Sequence record: MT446416.1
Reading direction: 5' to 3' (one strand)
DNA: 64,000 nt
The notes under the pieces were generated by a model. That model was not told the origin of the DNA, did not search any database, and worked only from the letters and a program-made list of their open reading frames with translations. Of the stretch, positions 35,932 to 47,830 are shown in pieces (positions within the stretch are counted from its first letter, which is position 1; each line of letters begins with the position of its first letter). The translations under genes and the position numbers were made by a program.

Positions 35932-36582
35932 TTACATATTATATAATGTGAATGCAGTCACTTTACCAGTTGTTGTTAGTTCATTATAAAGATACTCCAA
36001 GATTCTCGCACACTCTAAGTATATCTCGATATCATCATGAATAAGTGAGTACTGGAATAGCTGTTCTTCAGATAATTTGTATTGACTCCCTCTTAATGAA
36101 TTGAGAATATCTTTCACATCATCAAGTACTGGGTAAAGTACGAAATCTTCATCATATTTTGAAGCAATAAATTCAAATCCACCACCATCAGTACTAGATA
36201 TACCAATCAGTACTTTATCAATCAAGTTAATGTTTATATAACGGTTGTGATTTGGGTGAATTGAAATCTCAAACATACGAGTACTGTTACAATCAACATC
36301 AATATACAAATATACATCATTGAATTTATAAGTTAAGCAACCATACTCAATGTAATCAGAGCAAATAATTGATGAATTTTTTCTCGTCTCTGCGTAATGC
36401 ATATTGATATTCTTTTTACGCATAAGTAATTCGAACTTTGCACTAAACTTACCACCAGTAAGATAATTAGTATTAGGACGTTTGTAACTGGCAACTGGCC
36501 TATGGGATGATGAAAAGTATCTTTTTGTGAATCGTTTCTGTTTAGTGAAATATTCTTGATAGAACTTATTTCTTTTATTCAT
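35932..36582 (-). CDS. Hypothetical protein inside the RCC1 array, paralog of 26343..27014
   Basis: Start corrected to MNKRNKF (GAGG RBS). Confidence 0.8.
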   Translation of the reverse strand: MNKRNKFYQEYFTKQKRFTKRYFSSSHRPVASYKRPNTNYLTGGKFSAKFELLMRKKNINMHYAETRKNSSIICSDYIEYGCLTYKFNDVYLYIDVDCNSTRMFEISIHPNHNRYININLIDKVLIGISSTDGGGFEFIASKYDEDFVLYPVLDDVKDILNSLRGSQYKLSEEQLFQYSLIHDDIEIYLECARILEYLYNELTTTGKVTAFTLYNM

Positions 36583-36660
36583 GAGTGCCTCAATTAAATT
36601 GCTGTAAAATTGTACGTTATAAAATGAGTAAATAAAGTATAACACAAGGAGATTTTTATT

Positions 36661-37785
36661 ATGTTACCTTTCGTATTGTTATTTGATTATGGGAACGAAA
36701 AACAAGAAAGTTCTTATGATGTTAGTGTATATGGAAACAATAACTACATTTTAAATAAACAAACTGGAAACCTTTTTGCATCTGGTGCTGCGGCATTTAT
36801 GGGTGATAACACCGTTAAGTATTATATTACCCAAATCGAATCAAATGTTCATAGCTGTGAGATAGGCTTCCTATCATCATGGATAATTAAGAAGGACAAA
36901 ACTGTTTTCATTTTAGGAAACAAAAGTTCAATTGGTCTAACCGATTCGACCACATCATGGTTTGAAATTACAAATTTATTTTCTGCTGTTCCTGAAATAT
37001 GGGACAACCTATTTGAATGTAAAGTTCAATTGGGATATAACTGCATACGTGTTATGACACCACTAGGTTCAATCTATGCGATTGGCACAAACACTTATGG
37101 TGCATTGGGTACTGGTACTACATCCTCATCAACTTCGTTCGTTAAAAGTGGTGCTGTGGATGCTGTACGCATGGAATCAACTGAACGTTCAGTTTTCTAT
37201 CAAAACAGTTCTGGAAAATGGTTTGGATGTGGTGATAACACATATGGTATACTAGGTCTAGGAACTACCGCCAGTCGTGTAAACTCATACACCGCACCAG
37301 TATGGACTAATGCAGAAGCTGTTAGCTTCTCTAACCGTGGTATCATATACAGCCTCAATGGTACTCTATACTCATGTGGTGACAAAGTTAATGGTCAGCT
37401 AGGGGATGGATATACACAAAGCATAGACGCTGCCAGGAGCACACCATACACCATAGGAACCGCATTCCAAATTGGTAAGGCAATAACATCAGCTACACAA
37501 GCATCAGCCAACGTATTCATTGGTAAAGATAATAAGTTCTATGGTACTGGTAGTATTGCTGCTGGTATAAATGGTAGTGCTAGTGCTACATTAAGTAAAG
37601 TTACTGCGTTATCAGCATCACTACCACCTGACATTACATACAATGATATTATAACATTTAATACAGGGACCGTAACTTTTATTCAAGCAAAAGGACAACT
37701 ATATTATGTTGGTAGAAGAACTTACATAGATAATAGTTCAGACGTTACCACACAGTTCAGTTTAATTGGTGGCTTAGATAATTAA
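36661..37785 (+). CDS. RCC1/BLIP-II-like protein 7
   Basis: MLPFVLLFDYGN; AIGTNTYGALGTG; CGDKVNGQLGDG. Confidence 0.85.
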   Translation: MLPFVLLFDYGNEKQESSYDVSVYGNNNYILNKQTGNLFASGAAAFMGDNTVKYYITQIESNVHSCEIGFLSSWIIKKDKTVFILGNKSSIGLTDSTTSWFEITNLFSAVPEIWDNLFECKVQLGYNCIRVMTPLGSIYAIGTNTYGALGTGTTSSSTSFVKSGAVDAVRMESTERSVFYQNSSGKWFGCGDNTYGILGLGTTASRVNSYTAPVWTNAEAVSFSNRGIIYSLNGTLYSCGDKVNGQLGDGYTQSIDAARSTPYTIGTAFQIGKAITSATQASANVFIGKDNKFYGTGSIAAGINGSASATLSKVTALSASLPPDITYNDIITFNTGTVTFIQAKGQLYYVGRRTYIDNSSDVTTQFSLIGGLDN

Positions 37786-37821
37786 AATTAATCCAGTACT
37801 ATAATAGTACTGGATTTTTTA

Positions 37822-40261
37822 TTATAACATACGTTTTTTACGAATAGTATTGTGGATATTTTTTAAGTAGTTCACACCTTTACACAACCCATAAAATACA
37901 CCAGCACATACACCAAATACAGGTATCATACATGCAAACATCGTTATCAATTCCCACATCTCCATGCCATCTTGATTCGGTCCAAGGTCAAAGATAACAA
38001 CCGAAACCAAACCTGTGATACTTAGCATATAATATGCCATGAAGATAAAAAAAGAAACAATACCAACATCAGAGCGAACTGAATTTAGCATATTATATAC
38101 TGGGGTTACACAGAAGTAATACAATAACCAAACCAAAGAGCCTAAACTAAACACAATAATAGTAATGATCGAAAATATTTCACGATAACTCATTTTAGTT
38201 CCTCTTACCTAAACGCTCATGGATTTCGGAAATCTTATTATACATCCACGCCATCAACTCAACGGATGCACAGAGAATAACCACACACAGTGTTAGTGAA
38301 CATACCATAATACCAAATGTTATAAAATTCAAACTCGATGTTAATAATGCAACCAGCATTAGAATAAAACCAAAATTGAATGCTGTACTCAACACAGTAT
38401 ATGCTGGACTATATCTCCTTTGTATTACATCATATATATTTGATAATGGTCGCTTATGGAAGTACTTCCCAATGCACACGAATGCATTCAGTGAGAAGAT
38501 AAATGTATACGCCATTACCATTAATTGACCAATAAAAGATAATTCAATATTATTCATGTTATCCTCGTTTGCGGTATTTGATGCTTTGGTGCATTCTCTG
38601 AAAATGTGGAACTAATACATATTGTACGGTTTGCCAAATTACCATCAGATTATGGACAGCACCACCGAGTAGACCAAACATTAGACAGATAATTACCAGT
38701 ACTGGATCACCATCTACCATACCCCATTTGAATATATGTAAAATCCATACAGTGATAAGTAGTAATAAACTAATCCAATACGTAGTAAAAAATCCCGCAT
38801 GTAATTCATAATCATCAGCAATTTCATCGTATACGGTTTCCAAGAAGGATACACAGAAGAACTTGCCAATAATAACAATTGTACTAATAAACAACATAGC
38901 AGTTAATATAATAAGTGCAATTTCCATCACATCCCTCGTTTACGCTTTTGATTGCGTCTAAATTCGGTTAGCCCACGAATAATCGGTGGCATCAGACTAC
39001 ATAAAAAAATAACAGTTGTTGGCAATAACATGAAGTCAATCATTGCTGTATTAACAGGTGGATCACATACCAAATAATACAAACACGTAATACTAATTAT
39101 GGTTGACCCAATAAAAAGAATACAAAATTCTTTTATCTGTTTTTCAACATAATCAAACATCTTCAATACAAATAAAAATCCAACCCAACACATAATAAAA
39201 TAGAATGAATACAACGTGTAAATCAATGTTACGATATCCATTAGTACCTCGCATCAGGAACTTTAGAACGCAATTTATGAACGGCTGGGATCAACAACAA
39301 ACTTACATATGCAATAGTTGAACCCCAATAGAATACTAATATAATTGGTTCACCATTAGAACGTAAACCTCTACTAATCATTGAGTAGTGAATAATAGGC
39401 ATAAACATCGCCATAAAAAACCATGCGTGTAATTTTAATTGCAGCATGTTATCAGAGATGAATACTGAAATTGGTCGTTTAAAGAACCACATCAGAAAGT
39501 AGAACCCAGCACTAACAATATAGTACATAGTACTAACTTTCATATACCACGGCATTAAGTGTAAAAAATATTCCATCATTCCTCCGGTATCTTGTTTCGA
39601 AGTTCAATCATAACACAACAAAGTTTAATGAACAAGTAAAAAACTACACATATCATACCTATGGTTCCATAAACGACTGAAAAAGCTGGTAGTGCTTTTC
39701 CGGCGAGAACAGCCACAACACATGCTATAAATGTTGATGCAAACAATGATTGATTAATGAAAGAATTCATAAAATCTTCACCATTACGCTTATAGAATTG
39801 TCGTTTAAAATACCATCCTAGAAACATAACTACCCAAAATGTTACATAACCTGTTAGAATAATCCCTGCAATTGAATGTGCAACAGAACTACTCTTTAAA
39901 AACTCAAGATAAGATTCAAACATTAGAAGTCCCCACGAATTTTTGCTCTACCATTAATGATGAGATTAAACAAGTATATCAGCACCCAAATTAGTAATCC
40001 AAGGAATACAATATATTGTGATATTGAGTTCAACTGTGGATTAGCACAATAAATTAAGTGTGCGATAAGACCAACAATTGCAAACATACCTTGGATAATA
40101 GTGAAAAGAAGTAGTGAAATGTTTCCATCAGGATACAGTTTGAAAACGATTTTCTTTTTAAAATACCATAGTACTACAACTAGTGCATGATAAAAGAAAA
40201 AACCAAACAGATAAATCAAAGTAATACTAAGCATTGTATCTGAATTAAAAAACTCAAGCAT
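37822..40261 (-). repeat. Tandem array of seven ~105-123 aa three-TM membrane proteins
   Basis: ORFs start (low end) at 37822, 38195, 38559, 38927, 39241, 39576 and 39923. Hydrophobic helices, (W/K)YF(K/H/C) after TM1, basic C-tails. Confidence 0.8.
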
Positions 40262-40328
40262 ATCGTATCTCCGGTGGTGAATATTAAGTTATAGTACTAC
40301 ACTATGGTAGTACTGTCAATACATGTAA

Positions 40329-41099
40329 TTAAATTTTCTCAAGGAACAAGTTTTCGCACTGCTCTTCCCAATCATACGGGTTGTTGTTGTATACTGCTGA
40401 AATCAACAGAGGCATACGCAGTGAAGGAGCACGAAGTGCATCTTCATGTTTCAGCATCCAATTCAGGATTGCTTTGCTACCATTACTATTAACACCTTTA
40501 GTTGACAGGATGTTGGTCTTGTTCATTACGTTTTCAATGTGAATCATGATATCGCTTTTAGTCTGGATCTGTAAGTCAACATACACAGAGCGAGACATAA
40601 GAGCAGCATAGTGAGCAGACATTTTGGTTTTAGCTTTAGCATTCAGTGCTAAATCTTTGTTAGTAATGAATACGATACGACCGTTAAAATCAAAGCTGTT
40701 AGGGATACCGTTGGTAGTTAAGTACTTAGAGCTAGTCATGTAAGACACAGTACGTTTACCGCTGTCCAGTACTGCTTTGAGCAGGTTCATACCGTCTTCT
40801 GAATCAAAGATGCTGTCCATATCATCCAGTACTAATACGTTAGTGCTGTGACGATTCTTGTACAGAACTTCATACAGAGCAAGAGTAGTCATCTTACCAC
40901 TGATAGTAACTACGTTCCATTCTGCTGCGTCATGAGCTTTCTGGAGGCGTTGTGACAGGGTGTAAGTCTTACCAACACCAGGTGCACCGCTGACAACCAT
41001 ACTTTTTACAGTACTGCTATCATCGAGCAAACACTCAAGAGCAACCATCATGGAGTTGAAGTTTTTCTGGATTTGAATGCTACGTGCTTCTCTGGTCAT
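40329..41099 (-). CDS. AAA-family P-loop ATPase
   Basis: Walker A GAPGVGKT; Walker B VLVLDDMD. Confidence 0.85.
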   Translation of the reverse strand: MTREARSIQIQKNFNSMMVALECLLDDSSTVKSMVVSGAPGVGKTYTLSQRLQKAHDAAEWNVVTISGKMTTLALYEVLYKNRHSTNVLVLDDMDSIFDSEDGMNLLKAVLDSGKRTVSYMTSSKYLTTNGIPNSFDFNGRIVFITNKDLALNAKAKTKMSAHYAALMSRSVYVDLQIQTKSDIMIHIENVMNKTNILSTKGVNSNGSKAILNWMLKHEDALRAPSLRMPLLISAVYNNNPYDWEEQCENLFLEKI

Positions 41100-41170
41100 T
41101 TCGTTATCCTCATCAGTTGATGAAATAATTATAGCAAAAAGGGCTGACCGAAGTCAACCCTTTTGTATTG

Positions 41171-42319
41171 TTATTTCTTGTCTAAGATTTGTACTTCACC
41201 ATAAATCTGTACGATTTGCTTTTCTGGATTACCTTCGATAAGTTTTAGAAAAGATTTCAGTACTGCAACGTGGTCTTCATAGTATGCAATCCTAATGAAG
41301 TTGTAACCGTTGTTGATGGCGTACTCAGTTTTTATTGCGTCTTTTATCTTTCTTTGTTCAAAAGCACTTTTGCCGCCCCATAATTTGATTGATTGAAAAT
41401 GTTGTACTCCATCATATTCCAGAAGGATTCGTTTACTTTCAATAAATCGATCAAAAGGTAATGGCTTTTTGAACTTACAATCAATGAAGCGTTTCTCTTT
41501 TATGGTATCATCTTCTAACATACCATCAATATCAACTAAATTCTTACTCTCACCTGATGAACAGGTAGGACATGAAGACTCAGATGATATATAGTTATGA
41601 TATGATGGATAAAATGGGTTATTACAATCATTACACTGTAAATGTAATTTTGTTTTTGATGTTTCATAAACACCTCCCACAAATCCAATAAAGGTATTAT
41701 TACAAACTGCGTTTCTTTTATCTATTTCATATTTGACTACTAGAATATTCAAACGAATCTTTTTTGCCGAGCTGTAATCACGACATTCAACACAATTATG
41801 ACCATTAAGAAAATCATAAATGTTCTCACATAAACGAGTATGGTTGTTTTTACATTTGTACCAAAATTTAGATTTGAATTTTGTAGTAAATTCACCTTCA
41901 AATTTGATAAATGTAATAGATTCACGTTTACACTCTTTTTGTATTTCTTTTAATGCATCAGATTCAGATATTTTGATAGTGTTTTGGTACTCTTTTCTTT
42001 TCTTCTTACCACATATCTGACATCCACCAGAGATAAGATAACTTTTCAGTGAACTTGTACATAAAGTGCTGCATGTTCCACATCTAAACAGAACTTTATT
42101 CTTTTCTAGTCCAAAAAATTGATTACTGTTTGATATCTGTAAGCCAAAAATAGTATCTTCTTTTTCAATGGCTTTTAGTTTAATTTCATCAATTCTAACG
42201 ATAGTTTTTTTATTTTTTACAGGAACATTTTCTATTTTCATGTACTCAAATTTAGTACATAATTCTTCAATAATATAAACTTTCTCACCATCTTCATTTA
42301 AATAGTACTTTTCAAACAT
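41171..42319 (-). mobile_element. Zn-ribbon-repeat plus Vsr/DUF559-like PD-(D/E)XK endonuclease (homing endonuclease-like)
   Basis: Repeated CxxC; PFDRF...LLEYDGVQHF...D..K..YA..NGYNFIRI. Confidence 0.75.
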
Positions 42320-42335
42320 TACTCAATACTCCTTT

Positions 42336-42548
42336 TCAGTACTGAACCCGTCCAGCACCATTAATCTTAGCCTGAATCTTATCTTTTTCGACAAGACCTT
42401 CTTTGTAATCGATGGACGTATTATCGCACTGAATTACATCTAAGTCAAGTACTTCTTGTGTACTTAATGAAGTATTGTCTGCAATTTGTTGTAAAGTAAT
42501 GATATCAGTACCGAAGAATTCTGCTAAACGTATAAAAGATAATTTCAT
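42336..42548 (-). CDS. Hypothetical protein
   Basis: ORF behind a cassette promoter. Confidence 0.7.
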   Translation of the reverse strand: MKLSFIRLAEFFGTDIITLQQIADNTSLSTQEVLDLDVIQCDNTSIDYKEGLVEKDKIQAKINGAGRVQY

Positions 42549-42600
42549 GTGTTACCTCTTAAGTTGATGAAATAATTATAGCAAAAAGGGCCGACCGAAG

Positions 42601-43110
42601 TCAACCATGTTTGAAAGGATTTTTTAATGGTTTTAGTACTGTATGTATTCTGCTGTGTAGTTCTTCTTCCCACAAAACATTTACATTATAAACTAAATCA
42701 TTGTAATCACTGTACTCAAATATAAAATCATACTTTTCATCAAAAGTATGAGAAATCAATTTCATTTTCATCAGTACAATAGAACTTTTAAATTTATATG
42801 TTTCTTTTTCTTCTCCGGTTTTTGAGATTGGTATATTTTTTACAAATTCTTTGAATTCATCATCAGTCATAGTTTAACCATATATTATTTAACCAGTATT
42901 AGTCCCAATATAGTCACTCCATAAATTATATATATTGTTTTCAACACAATCATCATCGCTTAATTCTATCATTGATGATATAAGTACTGATACGGTTTGT
43001 GTGTTCAAATCGGTATCGCGATGTTTCAACCACCATTTCAGGGTGAGGGTGAGTGTTCGTGCTGTGTTTGGATTATTTGTAAATTTATATCTGGTGGTAT
43101 CGAGAATCAT
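42601..43110 (-). CDS. Two hypothetical proteins (42601..42870 and 42889..43110)
   Basis: ORF track; both end with an N..LW helix. Confidence 0.6.
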
Positions 43111-43158
43111 TTTAAATCTTCTTTCATTTAATTATATAAACAAAGTACTCATGTAATT

Positions 43159-43356
43159 TTAATTACTTTTGTATATTGAATCACATTGTCTACTCAATAG
43201 TTTATAGTATGCTTTACCACGAGGAAATAGTTTACGTGTATGTTCTCCTTTTCCCCACGGTCCTAAATATGTTTTACGCGTGTCATGATTATTAAAGTTC
43301 TTTGATACAGTTGATTTTGTACCAATAGGATCTTTCTTACTAAAATAGATAGACAT
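43159..43356 (-). CDS. Small basic hypothetical protein
   Basis: ORF track. Confidence 0.6.
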   Translation of the reverse strand: MSIYFSKKDPIGTKSTVSKNFNNHDTRKTYLGPWGKGEHTRKLFPRGKAYYKLLSRQCDSIYKSN

Positions 43357-43418
43357 TATAAAGTTTTCTCTTTACTAAGTTTATGTATTAACGGACTGAC
43401 CGAAGTCAACCCTTTCCT

Positions 43419-43934
43419 TTAATAATTATTCATTTCATCTTTGATTTGTTCTTCAATTTCGTCGAACATATCAGTACTAGATTCTATATTACTACTTACG
43501 TCCTGCATATCTTTAACGTACTGTGGGCGTTCAACGTCAGTAAATTTATACCACTTAGGCTTCATCTGGAGCTTCTCAATCAAACGCTCACGAGACATTT
43601 TAATCTCTGACTCCGATGGTACGTAGTCATTACAAAACTCAGCAGGGAAGCCGCTAATGTCGTTTACTTCAGTGTTTTGAATCTTCATACCACGACGCAA
43701 ACATTCATTAACAATATCAATATGACGCTTCTGTAAGTACAATAACTTGTTGTAGAAGAATGTTACATGACCTGAACCTAACAGGTAAGTACTGTTAATT
43801 TTGAAATCACGGACTCGCTTACGTGCTTGAACATGTTTTTGTACAGCACCAAACACACGTGGGAGTTCACGATATTCAGCCATCAGATGTTGGTCAGCAA
43901 GTTCTTTAACGTGTACTAAGTTAATGCGTGTCAT
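43419..43934 (-). CDS. denV: Pyrimidine-dimer DNA glycosylase / endonuclease V (T4 DenV family)
   Basis: MTRINL...[37 protein letters not shown]; about 35-aa acidic extension. Confidence 0.95.
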   Translation of the reverse strand: MTRINLVHVKELADQHLMAEYRELPRVFGAVQKHVQARKRVRDFKINSTYLLGSGHVTFFYNKLLYLQKRHIDIVNECLRRGMKIQNTEVNDISGFPAEFCNDYVPSESEIKMSRERLIEKLQMKPKWYKFTDVERPQYVKDMQDVSSNIESSTDMFDEIEEQIKDEMNNY

Positions 43935-44003
43935 GTATTCATCCTCTCGTTTCGATGAAATGATTATAGCAAAAAGGGCTGACCGAAGTCAACCTTTTTC
44001 TTA

Positions 44004-45527
44004 TTATTGTTTTACCCCGCCCCACTTTTCATAGATTGCAATAATCTTATACAAGTTTGTGATGTTAGTTGTTTCCGTGTAACCATCTTTCATTTCATTT
44101 TTGGTAAGTACACCTTTACCAAAAATCCTCTTACACTCCTGTTCTGCTGACCTACAACTTTTGGGAGTGCTGAAATGATAATACAACATTGAAGAAACTT
44201 TATATATACATTTATTGTCTTGGTGCTTCTGGCGGCGACCATGAACCTTTTCAATTCCATATTTCAATGCAATAGGTAACTCACCATCATAGATCACATG
44301 AATGTATGCAAATTGTTGATTATGATTAGAACATTCGGGGCAACCGGAACCACCAAGGTGAGCATTTGGAGTTATTTTGAACTCACCATGTTCGCTACAT
44401 TCAACCTTAACTAATTTATGTGCATTCACATAATTCGTTTTAGGATATGTGTACTTCCCATTATGTACTTTAGATGCCTTTTCAATAAATTCAGGTGTAC
44501 TAGAACGTTCACATCCTGAACATTTAGAACAACCATTTTTTTCATGTAGATGGTGTGTTGGTTGCTGCGTGAACACACCATGTTCTTTACAAACAATCGA
44601 TACTTTAGTTTTTAAGTTTTTATATTTAACTAAAGAATAATCATATTTGTCTCCATGTATTTCATGTGCTTTTTTGATGAACGTTTCGGTAGTTAACGCC
44701 ATCTTTCCACTACACTCTAAACAACCATTGCCAGCCACATGTTTACTGGCAAGTTGCTCAAAATCACCATGTTCTGGACATGTAATTATAACTTTTCCAC
44801 GTCCATTTATATAGATAGTTTTATCATATGAATATTTGTCACCGTGAACTTCTTTACATTTTTTGATGAAATCCGGGGTGTCTTTATATCTATACGTACC
44901 ACTACATTTAGCACATTTAAAACCACTTAGGTGGTTTGCTGGGGTTTGTTCAAAATCACCATGTTCTTTGCATGTTATTGTAACTTTGGTTTTTGAGTTG
45001 ATGTACACAACTTTATCGTATGTGTACTCAAAATTATGTTTAACATTTGCCTTCATGATAAAGTGCTCATTCGTAGAAACTCTTCCCAAGTGTACAATTG
45101 AACCGTCTTTATTCATCTTAGTGCATAAATTACATCCACGTTTTTTTCTTAAATGATCACTAACTCTTTTCTCAAAATCACCATGTTCTGGACATGTTAT
45201 AATTACTCTAGAAGAATTAGAAACATCATCTTGTACCTTATCATAAAGGTACACATCACCAAAAATAGCACGAGACTGTTCGATGAATTTAGCTTTACCC
45301 TTTCGAAAGTGTAGTCCATTTTTTGTATATCTACATTTTTTGCAGCCAGATGACCGTAAATGAGTTCCAGCAATTTGTTCGAACTCACCATGTTCTGGAC
45401 ATGTAATAATCACTGAGGTTCTTGAATTAACATAAACCACTTTAGTATAATCGTACTTAAAATTATGCAATTTATTCGCTTGTTTTACAAACTCTTCTTT
45501 ATTCATTGCGACTGGCATTGTATTCAT
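44004..45527 (-). mobile_element. Homing endonuclease-like protein with six DUF723-type C..HG.F...H...CxxC repeats and a C-terminal GIY-YIG-like domain
   Basis: ITCPEHG repeats x6; AYIH...KYGI...DGYTET. Confidence 0.75.
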
Positions 45528-45573
45528 CCTCTCGTCTTGATGAAATAATTATAGCAAAAAGGGCTGACCGAAG

Positions 45574-45987
45574 TCAACCCTTTTTTCTTTCAATCAAACA
45601 TAGTCTACCAGAATGTACCATGCGATGGTGATTAGAACAAAGAATCATACACTTTCGAATTTCATCTTTGATAGATTCTCGACTTTTACTGAACATAGAA
45701 CTTGGTGTATGTTCTTTGGTATTAGGATCAAGATGGTGAAAGTCTAAACATTCTGGATACTTCATCATACAAATACTACAACCATAAAATGATTTAACTC
45801 TGGTCATGAAATCTTTATTTTTTCTTTTGATTTCTTCAAGTTTTTTGACCTCAGTTTTTTTATTTCTGGTTTTCTTACTGGTAATATTTCTACAATCGTT
45901 GCATGTATTTCTATGTTTCCCAGTATCACTTCTTATACCAAATTCACTAATGTTTTTTTCAATATTACATGTAATACACTTCTTCAT
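45574..45987 (-). CDS. HNH endonuclease
   Basis: CITC...CNDC; GCSIC...LDFHHLDP..K...KCMILCSNHHRMVH. Confidence 0.8.
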   Translation of the reverse strand: MKKCITCNIEKNISEFGIRSDTGKHRNTCNDCRNITSKKTRNKKTEVKKLEEIKRKNKDFMTRVKSFYGCSICMMKYPECLDFHHLDPNTKEHTPSSMFSKSRESIKDEIRKCMILCSNHHRMVHSGRLCLIERKKG

Positions 45988-45999
45988 TGTTTAATCCAT

Positions 46000-46269
46000 T
46001 TATTCAACAATACCCAACTTCACAATCTCATACCCGTCCAGATAGCCGTAGTAACACTCAGGTGTTTCATAAGATGAACCATCATGGATGCCCTGGCATT
46101 GACTTTTGGAATTCTCAAGCAATCGTTGCAGTACTGATACGTCATCATGAACGTAATACAAGTTAGCATATAGGTCAGTTACAATACAGTACTCCAACAT
46201 GTCAAATGTATCAATCGAAATTTCAACCTTAGCAAATCGTTTCTTTTCTTTATTACACAATGCGTACAT
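46000..46269 (-). CDS. Hypothetical protein, probable paralog of 47564..47821
   Basis: M(Y/F)AL.NK..K and VHD...L..LL; start corrected. Confidence 0.7.
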   Translation of the reverse strand: MYALCNKEKKRFAKVEISIDTFDMLEYCIVTDLYANLYYVHDDVSVLQRLLENSKSQCQGIHDGSSYETPECYYGYLDGYEIVKLGIVE

Positions 46270-46270
46270 A

Positions 46271-46541
46271 TTAATCTCCATAATCAAGTTTAACCAACTT
46301 ACCACACAGATACCCAAAGTTTTCAGGCTTCGCATCTGAATAGAAGAAGTCAGTACTTAACTCTGAATTCAATGCTAAAGCACACAACTCCACCCAAAAT
46401 AAACCCCTATGTTGTACTGGCTTACAACGTTTCTGTACAGTTACTAGTCCAGTACATGATGACCACAAAGTAGGACAGATACCAGTATCACTACGCTTGG
46501 AGTACTGCATCCATCAGTCGATTACGAGTACGTAGTTTCAT
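46271..46541 (-). pseudogene. Truncated, frameshifted protein kinase-like remnant
   Basis: CPTLWS...VQKRCKP and DAKPENFG...KLDYG are kept; no glycine loop or VIK. The RBS-linked ATG (46541) is out of frame. Confidence 0.55.
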
Positions 46542-46552
46542 ATAAGTTATCC

Positions 46553-47107
46553 TTATTTCAAAGAATCATAGTAAGCAGTGTCAAAGATTGGAGTCATAAT
46601 AACATAGTCAATACGGTCAATGTAAGTTGAACTCCACATTTCTGGTTTGTCATAAAATTGACGCTCGCGTTCATTCATACGAGTCAGTACTTCTTCCAAT
46701 TTACTACGTGAAGCCATCAATGTATTACGCGATCCATAAGTGAAGTACTCAGTCCATTGATATTCATATTCAGTACTGATAGATTGAATAGTACCATCTT
46801 TGAAATGAGCTAAGGCATATCCTTTCTCTACAAAGTTATCAGGTGGAAGAACACCATCTGGATTAGTTTTCAATGCTTTGGTTAACTTTTCTTTAATTTC
46901 AGTTAACGTGCATACTGAACGAATGTTCTTCAGGTTTGATACTTGAAAATCACTGTACTTTCCAAAGAAAAATACACGCCAATCTTTAGGTTCATTATCA
47001 GATACGGTAATATTCGGATGATGGGCGAGTAAACGAAGAAGGCCAGCTTTGTGACCGTTAATGTAGATCTCATGGATGTGGTTAGCAGTTTTCTTAAAAG
47101 TAATCAT
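46553..47107 (-). CDS. Hypothetical protein
   Basis: 184-aa ORF with its own promoter and hairpin. Confidence 0.75.
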   Translation of the reverse strand: MITFKKTANHIHEIYINGHKAGLLRLLAHHPNITVSDNEPKDWRVFFFGKYSDFQVSNLKNIRSVCTLTEIKEKLTKALKTNPDGVLPPDNFVEKGYALAHFKDGTIQSISTEYEYQWTEYFTYGSRNTLMASRSKLEEVLTRMNERERQFYDKPEMWSSTYIDRIDYVIMTPIFDTAYYDSLK

Positions 47108-47183
47108 GACAATTCCTCGATTGTGGGGATGAGAAGTTCATCCCCTTGATAAACATTATACAGTACTGAATGAGTTTGTCAAC

Positions 47184-47564
47184 TCAAAATAAATTCATTT
47201 CATGTGCGTATTGTGGTTCAAGATGCGATAAGTTTTTGAAGCTTTCTTTCAACTCAGCATCATCTACATACACCGTGCCTGGTACATTCCCCATAGTGAA
47301 ACCTACCCACACAGTCATGTCACCAGTCCCTAAGCGTGGCATTGATAGCGAACCATCAGGTGAAACATCAAACGCTACACTGAAGTCATCAGTAACAACG
47401 TCATAACCATTTTCGAGAATAATACATCCACTATCTTTAAGCTTCTGAATGTGGATAGCAGCCTCTACAGCACGTTTGAAGTTATAGTAAGACTCTTTAT
47501 CCTCAAACATTGATTGTTTAATCAGACGCTTGTTTAGCTCGGTTACTTTGTGCATTTGACGCAT
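47184..47564 (-). CDS. Hypothetical protein
   Basis: ORF track. Confidence 0.75.
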   Translation of the reverse strand: MRQMHKVTELNKRLIKQSMFEDKESYYNFKRAVEAAIHIQKLKDSGCIILENGYDVVTDDFSVAFDVSPDGSLSMPRLGTGDMTVWVGFTMGNVPGTVYVDDAELKESFKNLSHLEPQYAHEMNLF

Positions 47565-47821
47565 TACTTATCCATCTCCAACAGTTGTAGAATTTCATAA
47601 GAGCCTGGTGGTGCTGGATTCCTGATCTCAGGGAATTGAGTACTTTTAGGATTACCACCAGCATTAAATTCATCAAGTAATGATTCGAGTTCATTCCTAT
47701 CATGAACAACAAACACGCAATATCCAGTACCTTCTTCAAGAACAGTAGTTGAACCCGCACAATCCCATACTGTATCAATACATAATAATTCTTTAGTGTT
47801 TTTGTTACGCAATGCAAACAT
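47564..47821 (-). CDS. Hypothetical protein
   Basis: ORF track; see 46000..46269. Confidence 0.75.
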   Translation of the reverse strand: MFALRNKNTKELLCIDTVWDCAGSTTVLEEGTGYCVFVVHDRNELESLLDEFNAGGNPKSTQFPEIRNPAPPGSYEILQLLEMDK

Positions 47822-47830
47822 ATATGTCTC

